The translations under genes were made by a program, and so were the position numbers. The notes below the pieces were generated by a model, which saw only the letters and a list, made by a program, of their open reading frames with translations, made no database searches and was not told the DNA's origin. Source: Flaccisagitta enflata (Eukaryota). Taken from it: a DNA stretch of 64,000 bases. The stretch lies in contig OZ231126.1 of NCBI GenBank assembly GCA_965153355.1, forward strand, positions 18,166,001 through 18,230,000. Direction: 5' to 3'. Within the stretch, counting starts at the first letter, position 1. The number at the start of each line of letters is the position of its first letter. Below are positions 37,746-51,448 of this stretch, in pieces.

Positions 37746-38486
37746 CGAAGGTTCCATAAATTGGAAACCTTAAACCGATCTAAAATCCAATGAATCCGTG
37801 TGCAAAATTTCCATTTTGCAGTAACGTGAACGAAAAAAAAAACAAGGTCAACAAACCTTAGTCGCGTGGTAACAAAGGTAATAAAGGTAATAAAGATAAT
37901 TAATTTAAGATAATAAAGATAATAAAGATAATAAAGATAATAAAGATAATAAAGATAATAAAGATAATAAAGATAATAAAGATAATAAAGATAATAAAGA
38001 CAATAAAGATAATAAGATAATAATGATAATTTATTTAAGGTAGTAAAGGTAAAGGTAATAAAGGTAAAGGTAATAGAGGTAAAGATAATAAAGGTAAAGG
38101 TAATAAAGCTATAGGTAATAAAGAATTAAATACCTAAACTACCCTAAAGTATCATTCAGTACCTAAAGTACCCTAAGGTGCCCTAAAGTACTTTTTATAC
38201 CTAGAGTACTCAAAAGTACCCTGAAGTACCAAAAGTACCCTAAAGTACCCTTAAGTACCTAAAGTACCCTTAAGTAACCTTAAATACCGTAAAGTACTTA
38301 TTAGTACATAAAGTAACCTAAAGTACCTTAAAATACCCTAAGATACCCAAAAGTACCCTATAGCACCCTTAAATACCTAAAGTACCCTATAGTAACCTGT
38401 TCACGCGACTAAAAATCCTTCATTTTGGCTCTTTTTCTTTCTCTCTTTTATCATGTCGTTTCATATTATGTCATTTTGTTAAACAG

Positions 38487-38626
38487 GATTTATTTTTGGT
38501 TCAACTTGGTTTGATTACTTGCTTCGCCGGTCTCCTTCACCTAAGTATGATGGAGGTTGTCTGCGCAACTGTTTATTGGGTTTTAATTCCCGGCATGTTC
38601 CTCCTTCTGCCTATCTACGCCTTCAG
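38487..38626 (+). CDS. CHS: Chitin synthase exon 9 (transmembrane helices)
   Basis: DLFLVQLGLITCFAGLLHL...YWVLIPGMFLLLPIYAFS; phase 0 in, phase 2 out. Confidence 0.88.
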
Positions 38627-38635
38627 GTGACTTGC

Positions 38636-38753
<118 letters not shown>

Positions 38754-40054
38754 ATTGTTGCTGTTGTTGTTGTGGTTTTCCATGTTCAATGTTTTCTTTT
38801 TCTTTGTTGCTTGTCTACTCTATGGTGATGCGCGCAAAACCAAGACTTAAAAAGACTTCAGCTTTGGCTGTCACAAATGTCTCTGTAGTTAACGCATAGG
38901 CGAAGTGACTGACAAAGCAAGGGAAGTGGCTTCACCCAATGGGAAATATGTCAAATATTTAACGTCTTCAGCCTAGCTTAGGAGACCAATTTACCATAAA
39001 GAGAGAGAGAGAGAGAGAGACAGACAGGCACACAGACAGACGTATAGGCTGAAAGAAACACGTGAAATAGCTAGACACCTAAAACAGACAAACAAGCCCG
39101 ACCGGGCAACTATGCGTCCGGAATGTGCCTCTGCGTGTATTGATCCAGTGACATATATAGACAGACAGATGGACGGACAGACGGGTGAAACGACTTAGTA
39201 GTAAAGGAGGCTCTCAAACCATGTTGGTTGATCATTTGTTCCAGTATAGGATGTCACCGTGGCCAAAAACAGCCGAGAAACGCGGTTTTGCACAGACGGA
39301 CGGACGGACGGACAAACGGACAGACCGACGGACCGACCAACGGACCGACCGACCGACGCACTGTGGGCTTAAATGTGCGCTAGGTGGCTCATTGGGGATC
39401 AACATTACATCTTTTCAATTATATTGTTCCTTATGAAATACACAAAATAAAAAACAATTTTACGCATATTTCAGATGTTATGAAACTGTTTATACCCAAT
39501 ATTGACTCATTTCAACTGGATTAAAGCTTTATGAGCTTAGAATACAAAAGAAGAGAAATTTGAGAAAACCAAGCTAAACTCTCTTACATTTAGTATTTGA
39601 ATTGTCTAAAGTTTTGACCAAATCTATAATATTTTTGTCTTTGTTCAATAAGATTCCTTAATACAGTGCTAAAAAAAAATCATTTTTTTGCTCATTTAGC
39701 TTATTTTGCTCATTTTTCTTCTAATCAAATATAGATTTTTACTTCATCCGCATTTTTACTTGTCCATTTCAGGGCAAGAAAATCGCATTTAGACGGAAAA
39801 GGACGCCCTTAGCCCTAACATTCTCAATTCAGGACACCTTAAGCTTCATTTTGGCACAGGTTTCAAGTTGTGCATCCTTGTGCGATTTTTTTTGTCACCA
39901 AGTAAAAAAATCATGAAAATAGATATATCTGAAAATAATTAGGTAATTTATCAGTCCTAGATATGTGAAAAATGATGTTTTTTTTTTACTTTTATAGCCA
40001 TTGAGACATTAATGAAGGAATCTAATCCAATAATGGAGATTTCATAAGCTTTTT

Positions 40055-41746
40055 GTGTTCCACGATAGTGGAACACTAAATATTAAGAAATTTTCCGTCT
40101 GTACGTCCGTCCGTCCCAGATTTTTCCTATGTAAAAATGTATGTCACGCAACCCAGTTTTCTCCAGTGTATGTCACACAACCCAGAATTCACCGATGTAT
40201 GTCACACCATCCAGTTTTTTCCGATGTATGTCACACCACCCAGTTTTCTCCAATGTATGTCACACAACCCAGAATTCTCCGATGTATGTCACACAGCCCA
40301 GAATTCTCCGATGTATGTCACACCACCCAGTTTTCTCCAATGTATGTCACACAACCCAGAATTCTCCGATGTATGTCACACTACCCAGTTTTCTCCGATG
40401 TATGTCACACCACCCAGAATTCTCCGATGTATGTCACACAACGCAGTTTTCTCCAATGTATGTCACACAACCCAGTTTTCTCCAATGTATGTCACACAAC
40501 CCAGAATTCTCCGATGTATGTCACACCACCTAGTTTTCTCCGATATATGTCACACCAATGTATGTCACACCAATGTATGTCACACAACTCAGAATTCTCC
40601 GATGTAAGTCACACCAGCCAGTTTTCTCCAATATATGTCACACAGCTTAGAATTCTCCAATGTATGTCACACCACCCTATTTTCTCCAATGTATGTCACA
40701 CAGCCAGAATTCTCCAATGTATGTCACACTATCCAGTTTTCTCCGATGTATGTCACACAGCCCAGAATTCTCCGATGTATGTCACGCCACCCAGTTTTCT
40801 CCGATGTATGTCACACAGCCCAGAATTCTTTGATATATGTCACACCACCCAGTTTTTTCCAATGTATGTCACACAGCCCAGAATTCTCCAATGTATGTCA
40901 CACCACCCAGTTTTCTCCGATGTATGTCACACAGCCCAGAATTCTCCGATGTATGTCACGCCACCCAGTTTTCTCCGATGTATGTCACAGCCCAGAATTC
41001 TCCAATGTATGTCACACCATCCAGTTTTCTCCGATATATGTCATACAGCCCAGAATTCTCCAGTGTATGTCACATCACCCAGTTTTCTTGGATGTATGTC
41101 ACACAGCCCAGAATTCTCTGAAGCATGTCACACTACCCAGTTTTCTCCAATGTATGTCACACAGCCCAGAATTCTTCGATGTATGTCTCACCACCCAGTT
41201 TTCTCCAATGTATGTCATAGAGCCCAGAATGCTCCGATGTATGTCACATCACTCAATTTTTCCAATGTATGTCATACCACCCAGTTTTCTCCGATATATG
41301 TCACACAGCCCAGCATTTTCCGATGTATGTCACACCACCCAGTTTTCTCCGATGTATGTCACACAGCCCAGAATTCTCCGATGTATGTCACACCACCCAG
41401 TTTTCTCCAATGTATGTCACACAGCCCAGAATTCTCCGATATATGTCACACCACCCAGTTATCTCCAATATAAGTCATACCACCCAGTTTTTTCTGATGT
41501 ATGTCACACAGCCCAGAATTCTCTGATGTATGTCACACCACCCAGTTTTTTCCAATGTATGTCACACAGTCCAGAATTCTCCAATGTATGTCACACCACC
41601 CAGTTTATCTCCACTGTATGTCACACAGCCCTGTATTCTTTGATGTATATCACACCACCTAGTTTGTTCCAATGTATGTCACACAGCCCTGTATTTTTCA
41701 ATGTATGTTACACAACCCCGCTTTTTCCACACACATACCCACACAT

Positions 41747-41812
<66 letters not shown>

Positions 41813-42148
41813 ACACACACACACAAGCGGCAGTGGGACCGCCCACAGGCGGCAGTGAGACCAGCCACAGGTGGCAGTGGGACCACCCACAGGCGGTAGT
41901 GGGGCCGCCCACAGGCGGTAGTGGGGCAGCCCACAGGCGGCAGTGGGACCTCCCACAGGCGGCAGCGAGGCCGCCCATAGGCGGCAGTGAGCTCCCCCAT
42001 GCATGGTAGTTAGGCCGCCCACAGGCGGCCATTATTTACAACACAGATTTGTCTGGTTATTATTATTAGATTTGTGTTATGAATTATTGCCTTTCTTTTT
42101 CATGCCAAATCAAGTTTTCGTGGAACACGTTATGGCGAACGCCACTAG
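40055..42148 (+). mobile_element. Non-autonomous Helentron-like element carrying satellite arrays
   Basis: 5' palindrome GTGTTCCACGATAGTGGAACAC, GTCC repeats, 3' subTIR CGTGGAACAC, hairpin TGGCGAACGCCA, CTAG end, T-rich flanks. Confidence 0.8.
40138..41715. repeat. ~30-bp tandem satellite (GTATGTCACACAGCCCAGAATTCTCCGAT / GTATGTCACACCACCCAGTTTTCTCCAAT)
   Basis: Directly visible; two unit types mostly alternate. Confidence 0.95.
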
Positions 42149-43602
42149 TTTTCATTCTCGACAGATAATCTAAGATTTTTTTTATTTTTGTCGAAATTTT
42201 TCGATTTTCATGAAAGAGTCCACTCAAAAATGCCAAACAATCTGCTACTGGTAATGTAAGCTCATATGTTACTTTGACTATTCTATATAGTTTCAGCCAT
42301 ATGATAGAGATGAAAATTTTCCCCTAGCCGAATCCATAGCCCAGGGTACGACGGACGGCCCGACAGACGGACGGACGGACAGACCCTCTTATAGAGATGC
42401 GTTCCTGACGGGCGCATCTAAAAAGAAATGGGCTGATCAGGCAAAAGTTCAGAATCAGACAGACAGACAAATTGACAGACGGACCAACAAAACGGCAGTC
42501 GGAAAACGTTACGATGGAAGTTGGACGGTTGTTCGTTAGGCATAATGAAATGTATTTGACGAATTGTAGACACCCATAAGTGAGAAAAACGTGAATTTTC
42601 ACACAGTAACTCTGTGCTTCATCAGACGCAGAAAAATGAGAAAAAGAGAGAAATGAAGTGATTTCCCACTTCTCTCACTTCATTTCTCTCTTTTTCTCAT
42701 TTTTCTGCGAGTGAAAATTCACTTATGGTTGTCTACTAAAGAAAAAGCAGGAACGAGAAACTTATCTACGTCTCATCAAGAGGAAGCGCAGTATTAGCAA
42801 ACATGAGCAAGAGATCGTTTCACTGCAAGAGCTCAGGATTGGGCTGTTACCCTACACTTTCACAAATGATTAGGGCAAGCGGTTATTAGTCGTGTGCACG
42901 CGACTCTACAACCCGCTCTATCCGTCTGTCGGTCCGTCACACTTTGCTTTTTTTCCCCGCCCCTGCCCACCCGCACGTGACTAAGGTAGCCGTGTATCCG
43001 GCCTTGTTTAATTTTCAATTAGAAGAATAGATGAAAAATGATCGTTGACGGTTCGCTCCGTAATCTTTTTTCGCGCTCTTTTTCTTTTTTTTTCCGGCAG
43101 ACTTTTCTAATTATAGTTTTCTTAAAAACGCATGGGAGAGCAATGTTAACATAAACAAGGCCAACACCTAAAAGTCGCGTGCGAGATTTACAGGGTAAGA
43201 AGGACTTAGAATGACTTAAAATGACTTAGAATGACTTAGAACGACTTAGAATGACTTAAAATGTCCAAAAAGGACTTAAAATGTCTAAAAAACCTAACGA
43301 CCAAAAATGACTTAAAATAACTTAAAATGACTTTGAATAACTTAAAATGACTTAGAATGACTCAAAATGACTTAGAATATCTATTAATGACTAAAAAAAG
43401 ACTTAAAATGACCTAAGAGTTGACGCTTCATTACAAAAAAAGTAAAGTGTGACGGACGGACCGACGGACAGACGGACGGACCGACGGACGGACGGACGGA
43501 CGGACGGACCGACGGACGGACCGACAAAGCGGGGTGTAGAGTCGCGTGCACGCGACTAAAAATCCATCGGTGATCCATTTGATATATTTCCTCGTCAATT
43601 AG

Positions 43603-43743
43603 CAACTTGAATGTGGTAACTTGGGGAACTCGTGAAGAGCAACAACAACAACAACCGAAATCAAAGTCTGTGGTTCACAACAAAGACATGGCAGCGCAAG
43701 AAACATCCTTTTGGGCCAAGATGAAAGACACATTCATCTCCAG
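43603..43743 (+). CDS. CHS: Chitin synthase exon 10 (WGTRE)
   Basis: NLNVVTWGTREEQQQQQPK, the signature (S/T)WGTRE motif. Confidence 0.92.
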
Positions 43744-44070
43744 GTGTTTACGAAATATCAACTGAGTTCTCTTTCGCCCTCTACGTCGGCCTGATGTTTG
43801 TGCCGATGTTTTGTTCGCCGCTCTTTTTTTTTCTTCTGTATTTTGTTGTGTTTATCTTTGTTTTGCTTCGTTTTCTTTTGTTTTGTTTTTTTACCAATAA
43901 AGGCGGCTATCGCCGACAGAAAAAAAGTTGTAAATGGGAGTTTTTTTTTCAGTGCATGTTCTTCTGCGTGTACATCTCATGCTGTCTGGTTGACTGCCTG
44001 TCTGTTTTTCTTATTCAATCTCTGTCTCTGTGTCTCTTTTTCCCTTTCTGTCTCTGCCTTCCTCTGTATT

Positions 44071-44172
<102 letters not shown>

Positions 44173-44194
44173 TCTCTCTCTGTCTCTCTGTCTG

Positions 44195-44350
<156 letters not shown>

Positions 44351-44412
44351 CTAATCCACGTGAAGTTTTTGTTACTATGCCATTAATTTTCATTTTTCTC
44401 CTTCACTCACAG

Positions 44413-44850
44413 ATGGTATAGACGCGCTTCGGTTGCTCATTCCTCCATTTACCAATCTCCACCATACTCTTCAACTGATACACGACTCATCTTACAAATT
44501 CAAAAAGAAATTCGCGAGCTCAATGAAAAGATTGACTCGAGTAGGAAAGAATCTGCCGCCGCCGCAGCCGCTGCCGCTTACTCCGCTGTCACCGACGCCG
44601 CTTCTGCCGCCGCCGCCGCCACTGGCGCTGGCGCTGGGGCGGCTGTTTCTTCGTCGAAAGCAGCCTCTTTTCCACTCATCTACGAGCCGTCAGAAGACAC
44701 CGGCATGGACATAAAGCGGCGCGTGATGATGACAACGTCATTGTCGCTCTCGGATGACGAAGCGGCGTCGGAAAACACGGTTGACGGTGAAGATGACAAC
44801 CAAGATGAAATTCCTTTGAAGGAAAAACCGGCGCGAGCCGGAATTGACTG
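44413..44850 (+). CDS. CHS: Chitin synthase exon 11 (coiled coil plus Ala-rich/acidic linker)
   Basis: Open frame in phase with exon 10: WYRRAS...LILQIQKEIRELNEKID...AAAAAAAA...GIDW; GTATG donor. Confidence 0.75.
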
Positions 44851-45118
44851 GTATGTAAATGACAGCAGAGGAACGAGGGGGAGGGGTTTCACTGTGTAGG
44901 TGAATAGGTGGTGATGAGGAGGTGAATTGGGGGAGGAGGGGGGAGGGGGGAGGGGGTGGAGGGCGGATGCGGAAGAGATGAAGGGATTGAAGAAGGAGCA
45001 GAAAACGGAGAGGAAAAGAAAATGACGTGTCTTGTGTTTGCAAGAAACTAAATAAGAGCAGGAAGAAAAGAGGAGGCAATCACAGCGTTCAGTTTTTGAT
45101 TCATTTAAAAGCCTTTTT

Positions 45119-45326
45119 AGTCGCGTACTACGCGACTCTACACCCCGCTTTGTCGGTCCGCCTGTCGGTCCGTCGGTCCATCCATCCGTCTGTCCGTCTC
45201 ACTTTGCTTTTTTTGTTTTTTTTGCGGTCTTTGGGCTCACTGCTCCTACCCAAATGATCAAGTGACCTCAAATACAGCCCCTGCCCACCCGCACGCAACT
45301 GGGGTAGCCGTGTATCCGGCCTTGTT
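45119..45326 (+). mobile_element. Representative HINE (DINE-1-like non-autonomous Helentron). Related copies near 8134, 21381, 24960, 26867, 28944, 30439, 31093, 42888, 43154, 50621, 51486, 58841 and 60740
   Basis: TTTT|AGTCGCGT..ACGCGACT palindrome, (GTCC/GTCG)n, CCTGCCCACCCG, subTIR, then GCCGTGTATCCGGCCTTGTT. Confidence 0.82.
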
Positions 45327-45713
45327 TTCTCTAAAAATTTCTCTAAAAATTTATGTGAATAAAGTTGAAACCCAGCTTAGTGGCCCCTCTATTTAACGGA
45401 TATCCGCATTTAAGAGACAACACTGTCTTGTCCCAATTTTTTTCAAGTTTTTCCAATGTTAAAAAACCTCGTTTTAAGGAACCTTTATTAAAGGGATATT
45501 CAGATTTAAGAGACAAATTTTTTAAAAATATCCCTTGTGTCAGGGGAAATTTGAAGTAAATTTGATGGATTTTGAGAAAATTTTACGTATCAAGATGATT
45601 TAAAAAGAAATTATAATATGAATGATAAAATATTTCCTCTACCATTTAAATTCTGCCATCAACTAACTTTATCATTGCTGATGAATATACTTAAGGCAAA
45701 TAGATGTGCTTAC

Positions 45714-46438
45714 CAGGGTTGGAAGGGTGGATTAATCCATTTGAAAAAATCCTGGATTAATCCAAATGGATAAAATGGATTTTTTCAAAAAAAAAATTGA
45801 AAAAATCTGGATTTTTTCAAAAAATTTTTATTTTTTTTTGCAAAAATGACCAAACCTCTAAGGAAGATATTTTTTAATGATTTCAAGTCCTGAATGAGAC
45901 CAACTTTTGTTTTCTCACAGATTTTTTTCTGTCTTTGAACCTATGAGGACTTTTGTTTCTGAGAAACTTTCTCATGACCTAAAGCATCTCGAACTCTGTG
46001 TGATTGAATCCAGGATACAGTTGAACGCTAGTAATAGATTTTATGAATTACATTTTTTCAAGAATGCGCTTTACATATTATCTTATGGAATAATTTTACT
46101 AAAGTTATGTGTATCCTTTTATCATATCTAGGTGTCATAATTTTCGCAGAAATACATCTTAATTATCTTTGAACCGGAATAACCAGGTGTAAAAAACTTT
46201 TCCACTGTTGCCTGTTGAACTGCTCAGTATTCATTTTATTAATCATTTATCTGTTATTTATCACATTTAATCATTGTATGCCCTATATCAATATCATAAC
46301 CAGTAGTTAATCACATCGTAAGGTGCATTTTTGAAAAAATCCACTGATTGAAAAAATCCACGATTTTATCCGGATAAATCCAAAATGGATTAATCCAAGT
46401 GGATTTTTTCAAAAAAAATGGATTTTTTAACAACCCTG
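45714..46438. mobile_element. hAT-like MITE
   Basis: CAGGGTTG...CAACCCTG ends; 8-bp TSD GTGCTTAC. Confidence 0.88.
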
Positions 46439-47098
46439 GTGCTTACACTGTAAATTATAAGTAATCAACAAAAAAAAATATCAAATAACAGTGGCAAAAA
46501 AAAAAACCGGACGCGGCGGTTTTTGATGCCTTTGACCGGCTCAGTCTCAACGAAAATACAAAAAATCAGTGACCGTTTGAAAGATCTTCAAAAGTTCTTC
46601 AAATCTAGACCAAGCAGAAAGTTTTAGCTCAAGTCGTTTAGAAATGGCAACAGTTTGAAGTGAGCATCACCATAATCTGTCAACAGAAGGAATTCTGTAC
46701 TTGTAATTCTGTCTTTAAAAGCATATAAAACATATCTGACAAAAGGAAACTAAGAAAAATTTAAGAGAAAATAAAAATACAACTCATTATCTACAAAATG
46801 GCATAGCAGACATTTTAGGTCAATCCGTTTAGAAATGGTAATCAAATACAGACATTTATCACATGAATTAAATTTAAAAAAATGTATCTGGCAAATATCA
46901 ATTTGATACTCTTTTTAAATTAACATAACTAAAGTTTTAAGTTGGAATTTTTGTTCAACTTAACTCAAAATAAAGAAGATTTTTCAGGAATCTTTAGAAT
47001 GGTCATGAATTCTATGTGACTTTTCCCAAAACATACCATTATGATAGAAATAAGTAGAGTCCGGTTTTTGCCTGTTAGTCACCAAAAAAGTGTTAGAT

Positions 47099-47610
47099 GG
47101 TCAGTGGTACCCGTGCCCTGCCTAAATGGTGCAGTTGTGGTTGAAGTTGAGGGGAGCAGGAAGCGGCCTGAAGGGAGTCAATGACCTGTAACTCACACAT
47201 ATGGGGGGGTTTTCTCCTCCTCCATCCCCCTCAAATCAGTATCAAGGCCCAAATTCAGTCTCAGGCTAATTGTGTGAGCTTAAATCACCTCCAGGGCCTA
47301 AATCCCAGCCTCAAGGCTCAAATCCTAGCTTCATTTTAAATCCTAGCCTGGGCTGGGATTGGGCTCAAGGCCAGATCTCACCAGCCCCTCTTGGCTGAGA
47401 TTTTGACCTTGAGGCAAAGATTTGGGCTTCAAGACTGAAATCTAGGCCTCCAGGCTAGGATTTAGGCTTTGAAGCTAGGATTTGGGCCTTGAGGCTGGGA
47501 TTTGGGCCTCAAGACAAATTTTAGGGGGGGACGTAGGAGAAGGAGGAGGAGAAAATCCCCGATATGTGTGAAAGCTAAGGTCATCGACCCCTTCAAGGCC
47601 GCTGTCCAAA
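47099..47610. mobile_element. Dispersed repeat family with internal 21-bp arrays (GAGGCCCAAATCCCAGCCTC) and inverted subterminal blocks; related copies near 19164, 25198 and 33316
   Basis: Shared GGGCAGCGG..GAAGGGGTCGATGACC.ATGCTTTCACA motif, present in inverted orientation at both ends. Confidence 0.65.
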
Positions 47611-48372
47611 AACAATGATTTTTATTTAAGGGATTTCTGATTTAAGAGACAAAAATATTCAGTCCCTAAAAAATCCCTTAATCCGAGGCTCCACTGTATG
47701 TGATAAGTACCTCTTTAAAAATGCATGGTGTATATAATTAAGTCGCTTTTGATTCCCCCCCCCCCCTGCCTTTGATTATCTTCCCCAAAAAGCAATAAAA
47801 CAATGTAGTTAAAGTTTAAATAGTATTGAATTGTGTTTTACTGACTGGTTTTCTTGATTTGGTACTGTCAAAAGTTATATTTTCCCCAAATTTTCTTTTT
47901 TTCTCTTTTTTCCCCAAACCCTTTGATTCCCCCTCCCCCACTCGGGGGGGGGGGGGGGAAGAGGAAACTCAATTATATACAAGCCTGACAATATCTCCCC
48001 ATTTTTTTAACCATCATTCATTCATTCATTCTTTCATTCATCCTTTCATTAATTCATCATTTCATTCATTTATTTGATTGCTTTTCAACTGTATGAATCA
48101 GGTTGGAAATTCAGCTTTTTGTTAATGACCCGTTATATTATGGGAAACTTGTGGCATAATCAATATTCCTTCAAAAAATTCATCTTAATATTGATATTTT
48201 GGCAGGAATACATTTGTCTTAGGATGTGTTTCCATGGCGACTAACACCCATTATCAATAAAGCATCCTTTTGTTAGTTCATTTCCAAGTACTGTACCAAT
48301 CCTTAATTTTGATTTGTTTTCGAGTCTAGACGACATTAACTGTACGTCGTTTTCGATTTTTTATCTCAAAAG

Positions 48373-48856
48373 GCTTGGGAAAGACGATCAACAACAACAC
48401 CAATGGCGCGGAAAATTGGCAAAACCCGTTGAGAAAATGGCGCGGAAAATTGGCAAAACCCGTTGAGAAAATGGTGCCGGCGAGAGAAGAAGAGGAATTC
48501 AATGAGGCCAATTTGAACCATACATTAAGCTTCAAGGCCAAGGTCGACGACAAAATGAATGGAGCAATGAAAGAGGAAAAGAAGGGAGAAAGTAATAAAG
48601 GAGGAGGCGTTCATGAAACAGGGTTTGAGAAGAAGGTTAAGGAGAAAGAGATGGAGGAGAAGCTAGAAGTCGAGGACAAAGAAGAGGAGGAGAAGGAGGA
48701 AGTAGAATTACCGCATTGGCAGATGCAAAAGTGGAATCTGCCTGAAGATGTAAGATCGTCGACGAAAAGTTTGAGCAAAAAGGAAATCCGATTCTTCGAG
48801 TGGATCGTCAGAGAATATCTGCATCCAATCAGGATGACGGAAGAAGAGAAGATTAA

Positions 48857-48857
<1 letters not shown>
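48373..48857 (+). CDS. CHS: Chitin synthase exon 12, carrying a 34-bp frameshifting tandem duplication
   Basis: Ends ...LSKKEIRFFEWIVREYLHPIRMTEEEKIK|GTGAG, resembling the E..FW..L...YL.P segment; the 485-nt length fits the phases only after removing 34 nt. Confidence 0.8.
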
Positions 48858-48914
<57 letters not shown>

Positions 48915-49125
48915 TGCGCGACTAAAGGCGAAAAAATATCACCCATACCATAATATTTCATGGAATAGAACTCATATTTCATAAAATAATTGAGTCTCTC
49001 TTTTTAATCGTATTAGTATCATTTTTCGTCTCGTCTTTTTCGATTGCCACCTTGTTTATAGCCTTTTAAACTTTAGGCAACGTGACTGACAGCTCTTATC
49101 ACGTTCCGTCTTGCTGTTATTAAAG

Positions 49126-49222
<97 letters not shown>

Positions 49223-49242
49223 ATGATGACGATGATGATGAC

Positions 49243-49327
<85 letters not shown>

Positions 49328-49362
49328 ATGATGACGATGATGACGATGATGACGATGATGAC

Positions 49363-49430
<68 letters not shown>

Positions 49431-49529
49431 CGATGACGATTGTGTTTCTTTTATCTCTTACAACGTTACCTCTCCCCCCTTTCCCTTTCCCCCCTTTCCC
49501 CCTGCTCCTCTTCCCCCCCCCCACTTTAG

Positions 49530-49775
49530 AGCGAGACTCAACTCTTGCAACTGCGCAATCACGTTTGCTTCTTCGTCTACATCTTAAACTTGCTGTGGAT
49601 TTTGCTATTGAGTCTGCTCAACACCAACGGGGTCATGAAGATGCGCCTTCAGCTCAACCACACTTCCGCTTGGGAACATTCTCAAGTCTTCCAAACGCTC
49701 TTCACCGACGAAATGGACGTCAACTTTCTCAACATGTCCATCATGTGCATCTTCGGCACCATTCTCGTTCTGCAG
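49530..49775 (+). CDS. CHS: Chitin synthase exon 13
   Basis: SETQLLQLRNHVCFFVYILNLLWILLL...IFGTILVLQ, the L..LRN motif plus late TM helices. Confidence 0.88.
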
Positions 49776-50046
49776 GTAGTCATTAGTCATAAACTACATA
49801 ATTGTATATCTGGAATCTTCGGACTTCTGAAACGAGACTACGAGAGTCAGTATATCATGTGTAGATCATTTGAATCATCATAGTCTTTTTTTTTCAAATT
49901 TGGTCAATTCGAATCCATTCAATCAACTAATACACAAAAAAGTGGGTAAATTGGAGCGGGTTTAGACTGTTACTGTAGGGGTATTTCAAAAATTTGTTTT
50001 TCGCAATTAGTGTCTACTGATTTTCCGGGGATTTACAGGGAAATTA

Positions 50047-50447
50047 CTACGCGAATCAATAAAAAAGCCGCACTTTAAAATGACAATTTACCATATTAGA
50101 TTTAAAAGAAATCAAGTAAAATTTTAAATCATCTTAAAGAGAATTTTCATTTAGCTCCAATTTATTATTTCTAGCTTTATTAGTTTAGAAATGGCATAAA
50201 AAAGAGTATTAACATTGTTATTTTCAGTTTTGCAATCCTATTAAAAAATAAGCTTTTTTCTAAAATAGAGGTACACTTTGACAAGCTCTACCTTCTAAAC
50301 GGTTTGAGATACAGACCTGGGATTGGTCCAGAATGAAAAAAAAATTAAAATCTTTAAAATCAGCTGAACAAAAAAAATTTGAAATAATTTTTTCTGTCTT
50401 TTATACTGACCTATAAAAGGGTGCGGCTTTTTATCTTATTTGTGTAG
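50047..50447. mobile_element. MITE with TA flanks
   Basis: CTACGCGAATCAATAAAAAAGCCGCAC / GTGCGGCTTTTTATCTTATTTGTGTAG imperfect TIRs. Confidence 0.6.
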
Positions 50448-50882
50448 TATCAAGATTTCAGTTCTAATCACTTTCACATAGCATACCTGATGCAAAATGA
50501 ATATTTAAAGTTAAAGAGGGAGTGTCTACGCATTTTGAGTATGTTCCACATGTGTTCATTTACCTCGAAATAGTTAGGACTGTGGTTAACCACTTGCGTC
50601 TGTTCCACGTGACATGAAAAAACAAGGCCGGATACACGGCCATCAGTTGCGGACGGGTGGGCAGGGGCAGAAATACGCGTAAAAAAAAATACCGACGGAC
50701 CGACGGACCGACCGACAGACCGACCGACGGACCGACCGACGGACCGACCGACGGACGGACAAAGCCTCTTATAGAGTTGCGTGTCCGCAACTAAAAACGA
50801 AAATTTGCTAATGCAAACTAAATTCGTTTTTTCAATCTTTTGCCATTCGACGTCACTCAACTCAATTTTGACTCTCACTCAC

Positions 50883-51000
<118 letters not shown>

Positions 51001-51340
51001 CACTCAGTCATGACATTCACGTAGAGCATTAATTAACGCCGGTAATGGCCCGATAGTTTCCCTTGCTCGTCGTCATTCTGTTGTTTGTAAATCAAATTTC
51101 ACTCCATAAAATTGAATTTTTTCTTTATCACGGCAGATTTCGTTCTCTTTTATTTTTGTTCCCTCTCATGAGTAAGCTTATTCTATCTGGTTTGTATCAC
51201 TCCACTCCTCTCTGTCTTTGTTTATGTCTATCCCTTTCTCTCTGTCTCGGTCTTTCTGGCTCTGTCTTGCTCTGTCTCTCTGTCTCTATCTCTGTCCCTG
51301 TCTCTCTGTCTCTCTGTCTCTCTGTCTCCCTGTGTCACTG

Positions 51341-51448
<108 letters not shown>

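Noticed and set aside
40055-41858. Long ORFs (472 and 407 aa) and a CRISPR-like periodic look
   Set aside because: They are translations of a stop-poor ~30-bp satellite; there are no unique spacers or cas genes, and the context is eukaryotic
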